From NCBI RefSeq assembly GCF_000281045.1, contig NW_008246097.1, positions 483,911-547,910 of the forward strand: a DNA stretch of 64,000 bases, in the 5' to 3' direction. The stretch is from Saprolegnia diclina VS20 (lineage: Eukaryota). Positions 36,937-49,683 of this stretch are shown here, piece after piece. Every line of letters starts with the position of its first letter. Position 1 is the first letter of the stretch. The notes beneath the pieces were generated by a model that was not told where the DNA came from, did not search any database, and worked only from the letters and a program-made list of their open reading frames with translations. Both the position numbers and the translations under genes were made by a program.

Positions 36937-39900
36937 CTAGTTGTAGCGAGCGCGCTTCACGGCCGCGTTCTCGCCGCTTTCGAGCGCACGCTTGCGCTTG
37001 GCGTCCAGCCAGGCAAGGACCTCGGCGCGCGGTAGCACTTGGCGCGACGCCGCCTCGGCCGGCGGGCCCGGCGGCAGACTCGACGTGGCCGCATGGTTGC
37101 CCATGGGGAGGAGGAAGAAAAAGTAGAAGGCGCCAATCTGGATCAGGTTGCGGCTCCGAAGGCCGAGCGGCGCCGAGGCCAGCGTCAGGTCGCGCCCGTT
37201 GACCGAGATGCTCGTGAGGAAGCTGAGGCACTGGATCGTAAACTGCTGGCGCTCGACATCCCACTTGATGCGCGCGTGCTTGGCCGAGATCATGAGGTCG
37301 TCGCCGAGGTGGCAGTCGATCGACCCGCCAGCGAGGCCGCGCGCAAAGTTGATGCCGAGAGACTCGTACCGGTCGCGCCACTTGGACGAGAGGCGGCCGA
37401 GCGTGATGTCGGTCTGCAGCATGTAGTAGCACAAGCCGGGACCCTAGGACGCGTTCAGTTGTTAACGCCATCGTATGGGCGAGCGTACCACGAGCTTGGC
37501 ATAGCCCGCCGGTTCAAAGTCCAGAGGTTTTGTGCGCGTGGCTTCGCTCGCGACGAGCGAGTACTGGAGCGACGGCGCGACGGCAGCAACGGCGAGCTCG
37601 CGTTGCCAGCGCGGAACACTGGCCGTCTTCTTGGCGTGGACCACTTGGTGGTGCAGCTGCTTGAGCGCCGGCGTCGCAAACCGTGCTTCGCAATTCATGC
37701 ACGGGACCTTGAGGAAGCGGTCGAGCTGACGCTGGAGAAGGTACGCGACGCCGAGGCCGCTGCCAAGGTCGAGGAGCGTCTCGCGCGCCCACATCGGCGT
37801 CACCGCGACCGACGACTTGACAGGCGGCCACGCGTCGTCGCCAAGGTACAACAGCTCGCCGTCTTCGTCCATGCCTTGGTTGAGCACGACGACTTTGGGT
37901 GTCACACACTTGCGGCTCTTGCACGACTGCTTGCGCAGGCCGGGGCCGCCATACTTTTTCATATCCTGGCAGTGCCGGCACTTCATGCAGTCGGGCGAGA
38001 GGCAGCCGACGCAGACGCCGCAGCGCATGACACGGCTGCGGTTGTTGAGGCTCGCGAGCTTGCTACGGCGCTTGGACTTGAGCGACTTCGCCGCCGTTTT
38101 GCTCAGCGGTGCATCGTCCAAGTCCCCTTCCTCCATCGAATCGTCCATCGAGTCGTCCATGTCGTCGTCCAGCTTGCTCTGGTCGCTCTCTGAAGATCCC
38201 TGCGACTCGGAAAAGTGTCCGTCGTCGTCGGCCTTGAGAGCGAGCGCCGCGCCGTCCTCGTCTTCGTCGTCCAAATTGGCGGTCGCGGCTGACGCCGCCG
38301 TCGACGACGACCCCGTCATCACTTGCGGGTTGGTGCACTTGCGGTTCTTGCACGACTGTTTCCGCAGGCCAGGACCGCCGTACTTTTTCATATCCTGGCA
38401 GTGGCCACACTCCATGCAGTCGCCCGCGAGGCAGCCCGGGCACTTGCCACAGCGCGTGACGCGCTTCTTGGCGCGGGATCCCGACGACCTGTTGCGCTTC
38501 TTTGGGCCCGTGCTCTACCAAATCCTTGATGAGGTATTCTTAGCGACGAGGAACGTACCGGTGCCGACGGAGGTGTGGCTGGTGCGGCGGGCGGAAGCGG
38601 CTGCGACGGCTTGTTGGACGGCCCAATCGTCTCGTCGTGCTCTTGCCGCTCGTGGGCGTTGCGCAGCGCCATGGTGCCGCAGTCGACGCCGCACTTGCGG
38701 CACGTCCATGTGCCTGGCGGCGCGTGGTCTGACTTTGTGTGCTTGAGGAGCCCGCTGCTCGTCATGAACGTCTTGGCACAGTGCTTGCAGGAAATCTACA
38801 CACCAGTGTCACACATCTTCGTCGCCATGCACCACGGAAGCGTACGAGTTTGGCGTCCGACGGCGCCGACGACTTGGTCGACGGTGGCGGCGCAGGGGTC
38901 GTGACCGGCACCGGCATATCAAAGGCCGACGCCGACGCCGACGGCAAGTGAGATCGCTTCAAGAGCCGCTTTTTTGCTTCGATTGCGAACCGGTGCACCT
39001 TGCGCTGCTTCTTGAAACGAGCCAAGTGCCGGCGTTCCGTGCGAAGCAGCGGCGTCGAGAGCACGTACTCGGTTACTGGCGTCGCGTCCATCTTGATGAG
39101 CGCTGCTCGTTCAACGTCGCAGGCCGCAGTCGTGCAGCGCACCACGTTCGCCAGCGCTGGCGCGTCATCGCAGCCAACAGCAACAACGACCTGTTGGAGC
39201 ACACGCAGGAGTTGGTCAATGGCGCTGGCATCGAACCCGCTCGTGCCCCACGCCTACACCGTGGCGTGAGCACCACTTGCATCGACGCAACTCCGTACCA
39301 GTGTCTTTTGCTTCGAGTCAAACAGCTCTGGGAGCACAAAGTGTAATAGCAGGCGCGCATCGACGCTGACGTCCGGCACGGCAAGGAGCCAGCGCTGGCG
39401 GCAGCGAACATGGAGTAGCTCTGGCAGCAGTGTTCGTGGCCGGTCGTACACGACGAGCTGCCACTGAAGCTCATGCCAGTGGGCCATGTCCGCGGCCAGA
39501 ACCCGGTACGTTGTCAGCACGACGTGGAATGGACCGGTCTTGGCCCGTATCCGGTCGTCGGCCCAGAAACTCCGGAGCGTCGCGCGGTCGTCGTCGCTGC
39601 CCCAGTACGGGAGCAGTCGCAGGTCGGTACCCTCTTTGGCCTCGATCGTCGACTCCCACAGCGCCAAAGTCTCGCAGCTCGTCACAATCAAGTGCGGACC
39701 CCACTTGTTTTCGCGCTGGCCGAGCTGCGTCAGCAGTGCCAGAACCTACTGTCATATGAGCTCCGCAGCGTGCAGAGAAAAATGCTGTGCACCTCGTGCA
39801 CCGGAGGCGACGCCGACACGACCATGCCGTTGACACCCTGTGCGTACAGCGTCTTCATGCGTTGCACGCTCTTGGACGCGTTGTCGTCGTCGCTGAGCAC

Positions 39901-41379
39901 TGGTGACGAAGCGTCATCGTCGAGCCATGCCCACTTGGAGGCATCCTGAAACGGGTTGGGCACCGAGACGACGGTCGTCGGCGACGGCACGGTCGCGAGT
40001 TCGAAATGACGCGGCAGCATCGCCTGGATGCGGTCTTCGTCCGAGATGCGCTGGCGCCAGCGCTGCCACTCGGCGTCAAACTCGCCGACTTGGCAAGCAT
40101 GTTCCTTGTAGAGAGTACTCGCCGTGATTTCGGCGACCCGAGCAATCTCCTCGAGCCCCAAGGCAGTCGATGAAAAGTGCTCGCTGGCCGTCTGCAGGCG
40201 AAGGTGACGACGACGCGTCACATATATATATAAGCCGTACCATGCCTTGTGGCGGACGCTGGCCAAGGAGCATTTGAGTGTAAAACGTGGCTTCGGCCAG
40301 GAGAAAATGCGTCATCTTGACGTTGTCCCCGAGGATATCTCGTTGTCGAGAGATCTAGGCAGCGTTACGATCGAAACAAAATGCCAAGGTACCATGACGG
40401 GCTTGTCTTTGGCCGCGCGCCGCTGGTCGGGCGAGCTCGAGAGAGCAGAGTCGTTGTCGTCGTGCGACGTCAGCGAGCCGTTCGCGCGCTTTGCACTGCG
40501 GCTTCGTAGCTTGCCTTGGGCTTCGAGGCATGATGCGGCAAGGTCTCGCAAGGTGCGTTGTCGGTGCAAACGCCGTTCGTGAAGCGCAGAGGCGGCAAGG
40601 CTGAGCGCTGAGGATTCGCCCACGACTGCAGAGGTCCAAAGGTCCTGTGCGGAGCCCTCCAACGTGCGTGTCTGCAGTTTCTGTAGTGTCCTAAGCAGTA
40701 CGGATGAGCAAGACGGCTCGAGTGGAAGAGAATCGTGTACTCGTCGTGCTGCGCTTGGAGCACCGCCTGTACGTAGCGCATGATGAGAGACCCGCTGCAG
40801 GAGAAGCGACGCGCGCACCTTGTAGGCGTCAATGTCGCAAAGGGCCTGGCGCTTCGTGACGGCAAAGATCGCTCGCTTCCGCCCTTCCAAAAGCGCGTCG
40901 CGCCACGTATCGATCGTGTCAAAGGGCGACGTCACGTGGCTCGGCGCCGCCGGTTTCGCATGCACAAACGACGTATCGTTCATGCAGACATGGATCTTGC
41001 GTTCGCGCTCGAGCTTTTCTGTTGAGCTCATCGTAAAGGCTGCATTGTACGCCTTCTCGAGCGCATCGTACACGAGCTCGTCCGACTCGTCCGGGACCTC
41101 GTCGTACACGTTGCCGACAAGCGCGCCCTTGTTGGGCATCGTCGTGCGGAGCTCCGTGCCAACGTAGCATGCTTCCAGCTCGAGCTTGCCACGGCTTCGT
41201 TGGTCGAGCGTGTGCTTCCGGTACAGTCCATGCTGCAGTAGCCCGTTCGTTGGCAGCGTATTGTCGTCGCGCGTCGCCGCCGGAATCGCCACATGGGCTC
41301 GGCTGGATGGCGCCGCCAGCTGGTGCATGAGGAGCGGGAGGTGGTCCACGCATAGGAGCCTGCGCACGTCGTCCTTCAT
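36937..41379 (-). CDS. INO80-derived protein: degenerate SNF2 N-lobe, C2H2-like finger, two CXXC fingers, FHA; multi-exon
   Basis: LYAQGVNG..ENKWGPHLIV..LLPYWGSDDDRATLRSFW..PFHVVLTTY; CG.C.GC...DC..C.HC.DMKKYGGPGLRKQSC..RKC twice; ITLGR..ISAKHARI..VNG..IQIG (FHA). Confidence 0.75.
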
Positions 41380-41767
41380 GCCACCGTCGGCCAGAGTCGT
41401 CCGGAAAATCCCAAGTGGCCAGCCGCGCCGCCACACAAACGGCCGAAGAATCTATCGCCGCCCGAGGATTGGTTGGCGCCTCCAATCGAATGTGAGAGGT
41501 CATGGTCCCTGAGGTATAATTTATTATCACAGGTTTTTGCAACCGTTGCCGTTTGGATCGGATAGACGCACGCAACTCTACACCCCAGCAGCGCGCAAGC
41601 TGCGCGCCGCCATGAGATTGGTATTGCACGCCCTCGGCTCAAGCTTGAACACTAGAGTTGTGTAGTATGGCGGTCCGGCGCGGCTCCAACCATTGGTGCA
41701 TTTGCGACGTTATACTCCCGCTTTCACGTGGTAGTTGGGTGTCTTTATCCCACGTCGTCGAAGGACC

Positions 41768-43340
41768 ATGGACCATGCGCTGGCCGCGTGGGCCGCAGGA
41801 CTCGGCGACGTTCGCGACGTCGTCCGAGCTTCCACAGGTGCGTACTAACTTGACGCTGCGCCTGTTAATGGTGTGCTTCTAGTCTCGACGGTCTGGCACC
41901 GGTCGCTGACGGCCCAAGCGCCGTTCCAAGCGCGCTTTCGCCGTGAGTTTGGTCCCGAGTACGCGCTCCTCTGCGCCGAGCACGAGGCCATTGCGCTTGT
42001 TCAAGGTCGATCCGTTGATGACTGACCGTGATATCCTACATGGGATTAGACTGGCGAACTCTGTACATCCAGCGATCTCTGGGTTTTGCGACTGGGTTTC
42101 GCCTTGGCATGGACCTGCTGCCAGCGCCAACGGACCCGACGGACCTCGTACGTTCGCCAGGACGTGTCTGCATCTAATAACGACCTGCGTAGGCACGGCG
42201 CAAGGCCGAAGCAAGTTTGCTTCGCTGGATTTACGTGACAGAGCAGGCCGAAGTCCTTCTCTCCCGACCGATAGTCGGCGACGTCGTCGAGCGCCTCCCG
42301 CTGCAAGAAGCCTTGCATTGGCAGCACTGTCTCTCGCACGCCAAGCCGCTTTACGACCAAGTAGGCCACCCTTGCGTCTGCGTGAGCTGTATGCAAGTAG
42401 CTGTTGCACCCGGCGATTCCGGCGGCCTGTGACGTCCTCGGCGACGCCGACTACGCGTTCAAGATGGACGAGCAGGCGGCTTGCGTCAAGAAGCTGTACA
42501 ACCAAGCCGTGTGGAATGCCAAGTACTTCAAGGTCCTTCCTTTGAGCATGCTTGCCTTCAACGCTCTTTATCCAGGTGCTCGAGAAGCCGTTCCGGGATC
42601 TCCTGACGAGCGACGTCAAGCAGATCGGTACGATCGTCCCCGCGATCATCAAGACGCTCAAGATGATGTGGTCCTCGAGCAAGTACTACAAGGACAGCGC
42701 CAAGATGGTACGTCCGATCTGCTTCTACAGTCGGCAAAGGCGGCGCAGGGCTGTCTCTTGGGCCGCATTGCGCTCGCTCTCTGCGCCCGCGTAAGCGCGA
42801 CGGTCGAGATCGACCACCTTCTCTGTGGCAACGACTTTGACGCGACCATCTCGCTTGTCGAGAGCGCGGGCATGATGCTCGAGCGGTACGCATCCTCGTC
42901 GTCGCTCCTCGTACCTCAAAAGATCCCACCCAGCTGGCACGACGTGTACACGGAGAACGACCACGGGTTCTGGGGCCCCTTTGACAGGACAGAGCTCTTT
43001 GGCCGCGTCGACGACGTCGCGCAGTGGTGCTCGGAGGTGCGGAGCGTGCTCATGATCCTCCGCCAGATCAAGCTCGAGATGGCACGTGTCGCCTCAACCT
43101 CACGAGCTGATCTTATTGCTATATGGACACTAGATTGAGCGCGTCCAGGAGCGTGGGCAGCCCAACGAGGTCGAGACGTTTGAGGCGATGCTCGCCGCCA
43201 TGGACGCAGGGCTCTTCACGCACTGGGCCACGGTCGTCTTGTTCGATTCGGGAAGCCGTGGCCCGTGGCTACACGGCGTCGCCTTCCTCCGCAGCACGTC
43301 CAACGCGCTCCTCTCGTTCGCCCACAAGCTCGGCGAGTAA
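41768..43340 (+). CDS. Stand-alone dynein heavy chain tail (DHC_N1)-like protein, multi-exon
   Basis: QAVWNAKYFKVLEKPFRDL..VPAIIKTLKMMWSSSKYYKDSAKM..LLGRIA resembles axonemal DHC N1; stop at 43338-43340. Confidence 0.6.
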
Positions 43341-43447
43341 TTGCGTTATACTAACACCAAGGATGCAAGCAGTCGCATTCCAAGACCTTATTTAGCGTCG
43401 GAAAATGATACACGGTCGGCGCTTCGCCACGTCGTACGGACATAAGC

Positions 43448-44665
43448 TTACAAGAAATAGTCGGGCGCGGGCTTCTTCGAGGGGACGCCGCGGGCGTCTT
43501 GGGGCGCGGCTTCGAAAATCTACAGAGCAACGCACATGAGGCGGTCGAACGCAAATGAGCAAGGGGCGACCTTGAACTTTTGCTCGAGGTTCTCGTCGAG
43601 CTCGAGGATCGCCGCGACGTTGCCGCATCGGTAGCAGTAGTTGGGCGCCGACCAGACGGTCACGAGCGCGTTGTTGAACATCGACTTGTGGCCTTCCATG
43701 ACGAGCTGATGTGCCCGACAAATGAGCTGGATGTCGTTGGTTTGGTTGAACTTGTCGACCACGTCGCCGCCAAAGAGGTAGCCAGCGCCACGCGGGCTCA
43801 AGCCCCAGCCGTCAATGTCTATTGTACATGCGAGGTGATGCGACGTGCAAGGAGGATTCGACGCAAGTACCTTCCGGGTCCGACCACATGAGGTCGCACA
43901 TGGCGCCGTCGTGCGGCACTTCTTGCTTCCGGTCAATAATACGGATCTAGGAGACGTTGAGGGCATGGGCTTGGTGTCGAGACGTGCATCGTACCTGGTC
44001 GAGCGTGTTGATTGACGGCGAGAGACCGCCGTGGACGCAGAAGATCTTGTCTTCGATGATGGCCGACAAACTGAGGTAGTCGAAGATCTCCGTGCAGTAT
44101 CGCCACACGTTCACGGAGCCGTATTTGCGCAGGCACTCGTCGTAGAAGCCGTACACTTGCGTGATCTGACGGCTTTCGTGGTTGCCGCGGATGAGCGTAA
44201 TACGGTCCGGGTACCGCACCTACAGTCCATGAGCGATCGCCCACGTTGCTCGTATAGGCGTACCTTCAAGGCGAGCAAGAGGAGGAAGGTTTCGACACTG
44301 TAGAAGCCTCGGTCGACAAAGTCGCCCATGAAGAGGTAGTTGGTTTCGGGGCACTCGCCGCCGACGTTGAACAGCTCCTTCAAGTCGTAGAATTGGCCGT
44401 GGATATCACCGCAGATCTAATGCAGATCTGATTCTTAGCCGTTGCGAGAGGCCATGCTGCGCACCGTCACGGGCGCATCGATGCGCTGGACGTTGCTCTC
44501 GTCCACGAGAATCTCGCGGGCCTTCTGGCACAGCGCCTTGACCTCCGACTCCTTGAGGTACTCGCAGCGCTTCAACTGCTCGATCTGTCTGTCCAGGTCG
44601 CTCATGGTGCTGGCGCCAGAGGTACCGCCCGTGCTGCTTGGGCTCGTCACGGCGTCGCTGCTCAT
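43448..44665 (-). CDS. PPP4C: Ser/Thr protein phosphatase 4 catalytic subunit
   Basis: [73 protein letters not shown]; alternative start at 44605. Confidence 0.95.
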
Positions 44666-44841
44666 GCTGGCTGTCGTCGGCCTCAAAGGCGAAATAAAGA
44701 AGGCAAGGCAAAGACTGGGTCCCAAGAAACCTCTGGCATCCGATTCACAAATCTCGTTCGAGCCCTTTCATTTGGCGTTTCTATGCGAGTACCCTCCACA
44801 AACAAATATCGATACGTAAGCCAGCGGCCGAAACGGACATC

Positions 44842-46862
44842 CTAATTAGGCGCAGTCGTTTGAAATTCGGGTCGGCTACAGCTGGCAGAGCTGCTGAAAC
44901 AGATCCGCGGCCCGCGCATCGTCCCAGGGCGCGCTACGCGGACGCGCATAAGCGTCGCGGGCCGCCGAGGAGAGCCACGTACGCAGCAGCGATCGGCTCG
45001 AGACGGACGTCCAGAGCGGGCAGCGAAACGCGCTTGCGGCTCCTCCGCTTCACTGGATGTTACCGGCCCATTCCGCAGGAGGATAGGCAGTACCACACAC
45101 TCCAGTGGCTTGGCAGTCGCAGCCTTGGCGCTGATTGGGGCCCGATGTAGCGACGGCAACGACGCATGCGCCGCGGACCTCGGAACCATACGGTTGCGAA
45201 CCTTCGTGCGAGTGCTAATGGCTCGTCAGGACGCCGTCGACATCCACGAACGTACGTTGCCGCGTGGGGCAGCGACTGGCGTGCGACGTCGTCAGCTTGG
45301 TTGCCGTGCGCTGGGCGGTCGTCGCCGCACGCTGGCTTGGGTGCGATCGTGGGCGTCGACGCCGAGCGCGAGAGCGCTAGAACTCGGTAATGCTGATTCA
45401 TACAGAGCCAAGGAGTACTGGAGAGCGACCGAAGATACTCGTTCTCGTGCTGAAGCTGCTTGATTTGGGCCCGGAGGTCCATGACGAGCTTGTCCTACGC
45501 AGCATGCTTCGATGCGCGATGCGATCTCGTCTCGTACGCCATTGTACCTGCGGGCTTAGGGCCACCGTTGGCTCGTTCTGTATTCGCGCCACGCCCATGG
45601 CAAACTCGAGCGTCCGCGTCGACTCGCGGCTAAAGTCGGGCGACGCATTGACGCATGCTAGCATCAGCGTCCGACTGCGCCCGCCGAGGCTGTCGATGAG
45701 CAGCTATCGTCATAGTAGCGTGCGGACGCAGCTGCATAGAATCTCGGCAGCAAACCATCGTGAGCTTCGAGTCCCGGTACGGCACGAACGTGGTCTTGTT
45801 GGTCGCGGCTGCATTGAGCGCTCCAATGACCTGGGCGAGAATGAATGGTGCTATGAAGGCGCCGTTGGCAACGTGCCTGGCTCAGACAGTACAGGCTCTT
45901 GTTGATGTATCCCGACTCCTTGAGCTGCGTGCCCACCGCACCCGTGTCCTAGAAGATGCATGCTGAGTCATGTGTCATGCAGACGACGGCCGGCATGTAC
46001 GTACATGGGCGCGCTCGCTTCCGGCCAAGTCGACGATCGTCAACTTGCCATACTTGCGCACGCCGTTCGTCTCGCTGTCGACATACAACGTGACGAGGCA
46101 GTGGCTTCGGTTGGACCTGCACAAAGCTTTGTCATGGAGGGCAGGCAACGCAGCTACTCACCGGTCGTTGAGGCGGTGGCTCGAGTGCACGCGGTTGGCG
46201 GCGGCCGTAAGCACAACGGTCATGACTTCCTCGTACGTACTGCAAGCCACGACGGTGGCGTCTTCGAGGAAGAAGCCCGTGGCTTTGCTCCAGCGCACCG
46301 TGAGCGGACGCGCGCTTGGCGCGATCAAGTCGTGAACAGCCTCGTTGTAGATCTCGACGCACGTCACGCGCACTGCACTCTGGGTCTCGCCGAGCTTGGA
46401 CGCGATGCAGTCCATGAGCAGCGCTACGCTGCGCGGCAAGAAGCCCTGGTTCGACCCGCGCAGGTCTAATACCACCTAAGATCCTATTTCATGTCGATGG
46501 CTGCGTACGCGTGGGCGGCACGAGGTACCGCTCGGGCCCAAAGATCGTGTGGGACTTGCCGGCGCCCGTCTAGCGCAAGAAGAGTCCGTTGCCAAGCGTC
46601 GAGACTTGCATTGGTGTACCTGGCCGTACGCAAAGATGGTGGACGCGTACCCGTCGACGGCGCTTTCCACGAGCGTGGTCATACCCGATGCGACAAAGGC
46701 AGCCTCCTGGGTCATGGCCGCGTCCAGGAAGCGGTCGCAGCGAAAGCTCGCAGCTGCATCGCCATTTGCGACGAAGACGCGGCCATCGGCCCACGAGATG
46801 GCGGACGGTCCATGCGTACTTGGTCGCGCCCGCACCGCGACCCGGATCTTCTCGCTCCGCAT
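44842..46862 (-). CDS. Kinesin motor protein (KIF12/kinesin-16-like), multi-exon; 3' end approximate
   Basis: IRVAVRARP, FAYGQ|TGAGKS, N.RSNRSH, VDLAGSER, INKSL, VPYRDSKLT.LL.DSLGG. Confidence 0.9.
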
Positions 46863-47886
46863 GCGACAGTTGTTTCCGATAACCGTCCAAGCAACGTTAC
46901 GTCGCCCACTGGATTTATCCGCGCAAGATCGCGGCGTCGGCGGTGCAGCGACGACTCGCAAGCTACTTGGCCGTGGTACGCGCGTCCAGCATCCCGTGGG
47001 CGAGCGTCCCAGACCGAACGTCGTTACTGCGCACGCGATGTCGACGCCAGCGGCCCCTGTGACCTAATGCTGCGGTGGCCTGTCGCCCCAACGTTGAAGT
47101 CGCGTTGACGCCGCGGTCAAAGAAACGGGGCATCGTTGACACCGCGTGAGGTGCCAGAGACGCTGCGCACGCGGGTTTTCTTGCCGCGAAGTGTCTTTTA
47201 CGCCACGAGAGTGCGACACCGAGGCCGTGTCTCTACGACGGCCCTTTGCGCCGCCGGCGATGGCGACGGCACCAGGCGGCGCACGAAGACGCTTTCACCG
47301 CCACCGGCAGCCACACAACTATATGCATCAGTGGTCTATAGCGTTAACGTCAACAGCACGCGTGCGCGACGGCCGCGGGGCGCTGCGATGATCGACCCGC
47401 CTCGAGGCAGTAATTGGGAGGTGCGGTTGAGCAACTTGTCGTGTTTTAAACAGAATCTCGACCGATGTGTTTTGATCAAGTACGGAATCTCGCGGACCCT
47501 TCAGGACCTTTGCAAATCGCAGCTGCCCCCGGACCAAGAAAAAACTAGCGTCATCGCGCCAACGTCGACGCCAATACGTCGTCCCACTCGCTGCACCATC
47601 AAATACACGTCAACTGCAAGTCGCCTGGATCCAGAGAGTCTTTGTATGGTCAAGTCGTCGCTCAGTGACCTCGGAGGAGCTACAACGGGGCTTGGAGTTG
47701 ATGAAAAGTGATGGGGATCGGCCCAGGGTCCGTTGTTTGAGTGTTTAAAACACAAGTGGGGAGTGTTGGAAACAAAGGCAAAATGGCGACAGGGGCGCGC
47801 ACAAAGACAAAGACTGAGGAATGGCGTTGACGCGGCGCGGGTCCCGGATCCTGGTCGAAGCAGATGGTATGTGGAGTTTAGAAAGC

Positions 47887-49374
47887 ATGTCCTTCAAGCG
47901 ACTCGTGCTCGTGACCGTCGGCCTCCCCGCGCGGGGCAAGAGCTTCGTCATGCGCAAGCTGACCAAGTACACGGCCTGGCTCGGGTTCCCGACCAAGATC
48001 TTCAACGCTGGCAACTACCGCCGCCAAGAAGGCATGGCAGCCATCGACGCCGCCTTCTTCGACGCCGAGAACGTCGACGCCAAGCGCATCCGCGACGAGG
48101 TACGCGACCTCCATCCCGTCCCAGGGCCTCAACCTCGCTCTATTAGCTCGCGATGGAAGCGCTCATGGAGCTCATTGCGTGGATCGAGGACGGCGGCCAC
48201 GTCGCGGTCTTTGACGCGACCAACACGACCAAGGCGCGACGCGAACTCGTGTGGCAGACGCTCAAGAGCGTGCCCAACATCCAAGTCATGTTTATCGAAA
48301 ACATTTGCGACTCGATCCCGATGCTCGAGGCCAACTACCTCCGGTACCTTCGTCGTCCGCTTTGTACTCCTATTATGCTCACGCGCGACGTTGCTAGCAA
48401 GCTCAAGAACGACGACTACATCAACGCCGACCCCGAGACGGCGCTCGCCGACTTTAAGGAGCGCGTCGCCAAGTACGAGGCGGTCTACGAGACGATCGAG
48501 GACGCGGAGAACGACGGGCGCATCTGCTACGTCAAAGTCTTCAACGTACGACCACATAGTGTAGTAGATCGCTCATGCACATGCGCTGTAGGCGGGCGAG
48601 AAGGTCCAAGCGCGCTTTTGCCAGAGCTTCTTGCCGAGCCAAGCCGTGTCTTTTCTCCAGAACATCCACCTCTTTGAGCGCAAGCTCTGGCTCGTGCGGC
48701 CAGGCCCGAACCGCAACGGCGTGCAGCACATCCTCGGCGGCGACGAGGAGCTCACGGAAGACGGCCACGTGGTCGCGCACGCGCTCGCCGAGTTTATGGT
48801 GACGGCGATCGCCGAGACGAAGCGGCCCATCGACGTGTGGCACAGCACGATGAAGCGCGCCAAGCAGACGTCGTCGTACATCCCGCGCGAGCACGTCAAG
48901 CGCGTGGTCAAGACGACGCTACTGAACGAGCTCGGCGGCGGGGACTTTGAGGGCTTTACGCGCGAAGAGCTTGCAAACTATTACCCGCGCCACTTTGACG
49001 CGCGGACCAAAGACAAGCTCCGCTACCGGTACGACGAGGCGTGCGAGCATGGATGGTCGATTCTAATCACGAGTAGGTATCCCGGGGCCGGGGGCGAGAG
49101 CTATATCGACGTCATTTGCCGTCTCCGCCCGCTCATCATTGAGTTTGAGCGCAAGAAGCGCGACTGCTTGATCATTTGCAGCGAGTCGATCATGCGCTGC
49201 CTCATGGGCTACTTTACGGGCGTCACGGCCGAGGACCTCCCGCACCTCCCGACCAAAGTGGGCATTGTCTACGAGCTCTCGCCGCACCGCGACGGCTGCG
49301 ACATCAAGGAGCTCCCGCTCAACCTCCCCGACCAGCTCAAGGAGACGCTCGACGATTACATGCGCGATTTATAA
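47887..49374 (+). CDS. 6-phosphofructo-2-kinase/fructose-2,6-bisphosphatase family
   Basis: VGLPARGKS, FNAGNYRR, FDATNTTKARR, DFKERVAKYEAVYE, LNELGGG, DKLRYRYP..GESY.DV. Confidence 0.92.
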
Positions 49375-49683
49375 GCGCCAATATTACATGTTTTCATTTA
49401 CTAGTATACTAGTAGACCAGCTCGTAGACAACGAGAGAAGACCAACAGAAGAGCACTCGTCGCTGAGCAGATGAGTGGAGGCGTATCGTGGAGCCGTGTC
49501 CGACTTCCGGCACAAGCAGTCCTCTGACGTTTTTGATTAAACGACTAGACATACTACTGGAGACAGCGAGCGAGGCTGGGCGGTGCTTCGCTCGAAGAAT
49601 GTGAAGAAGACCAGTAGAAGTAATAAGCTGCGCTGTATTGTCATTTAGCCAATCTCTCATTCCAATGGAGTAAAGCACTCCAT

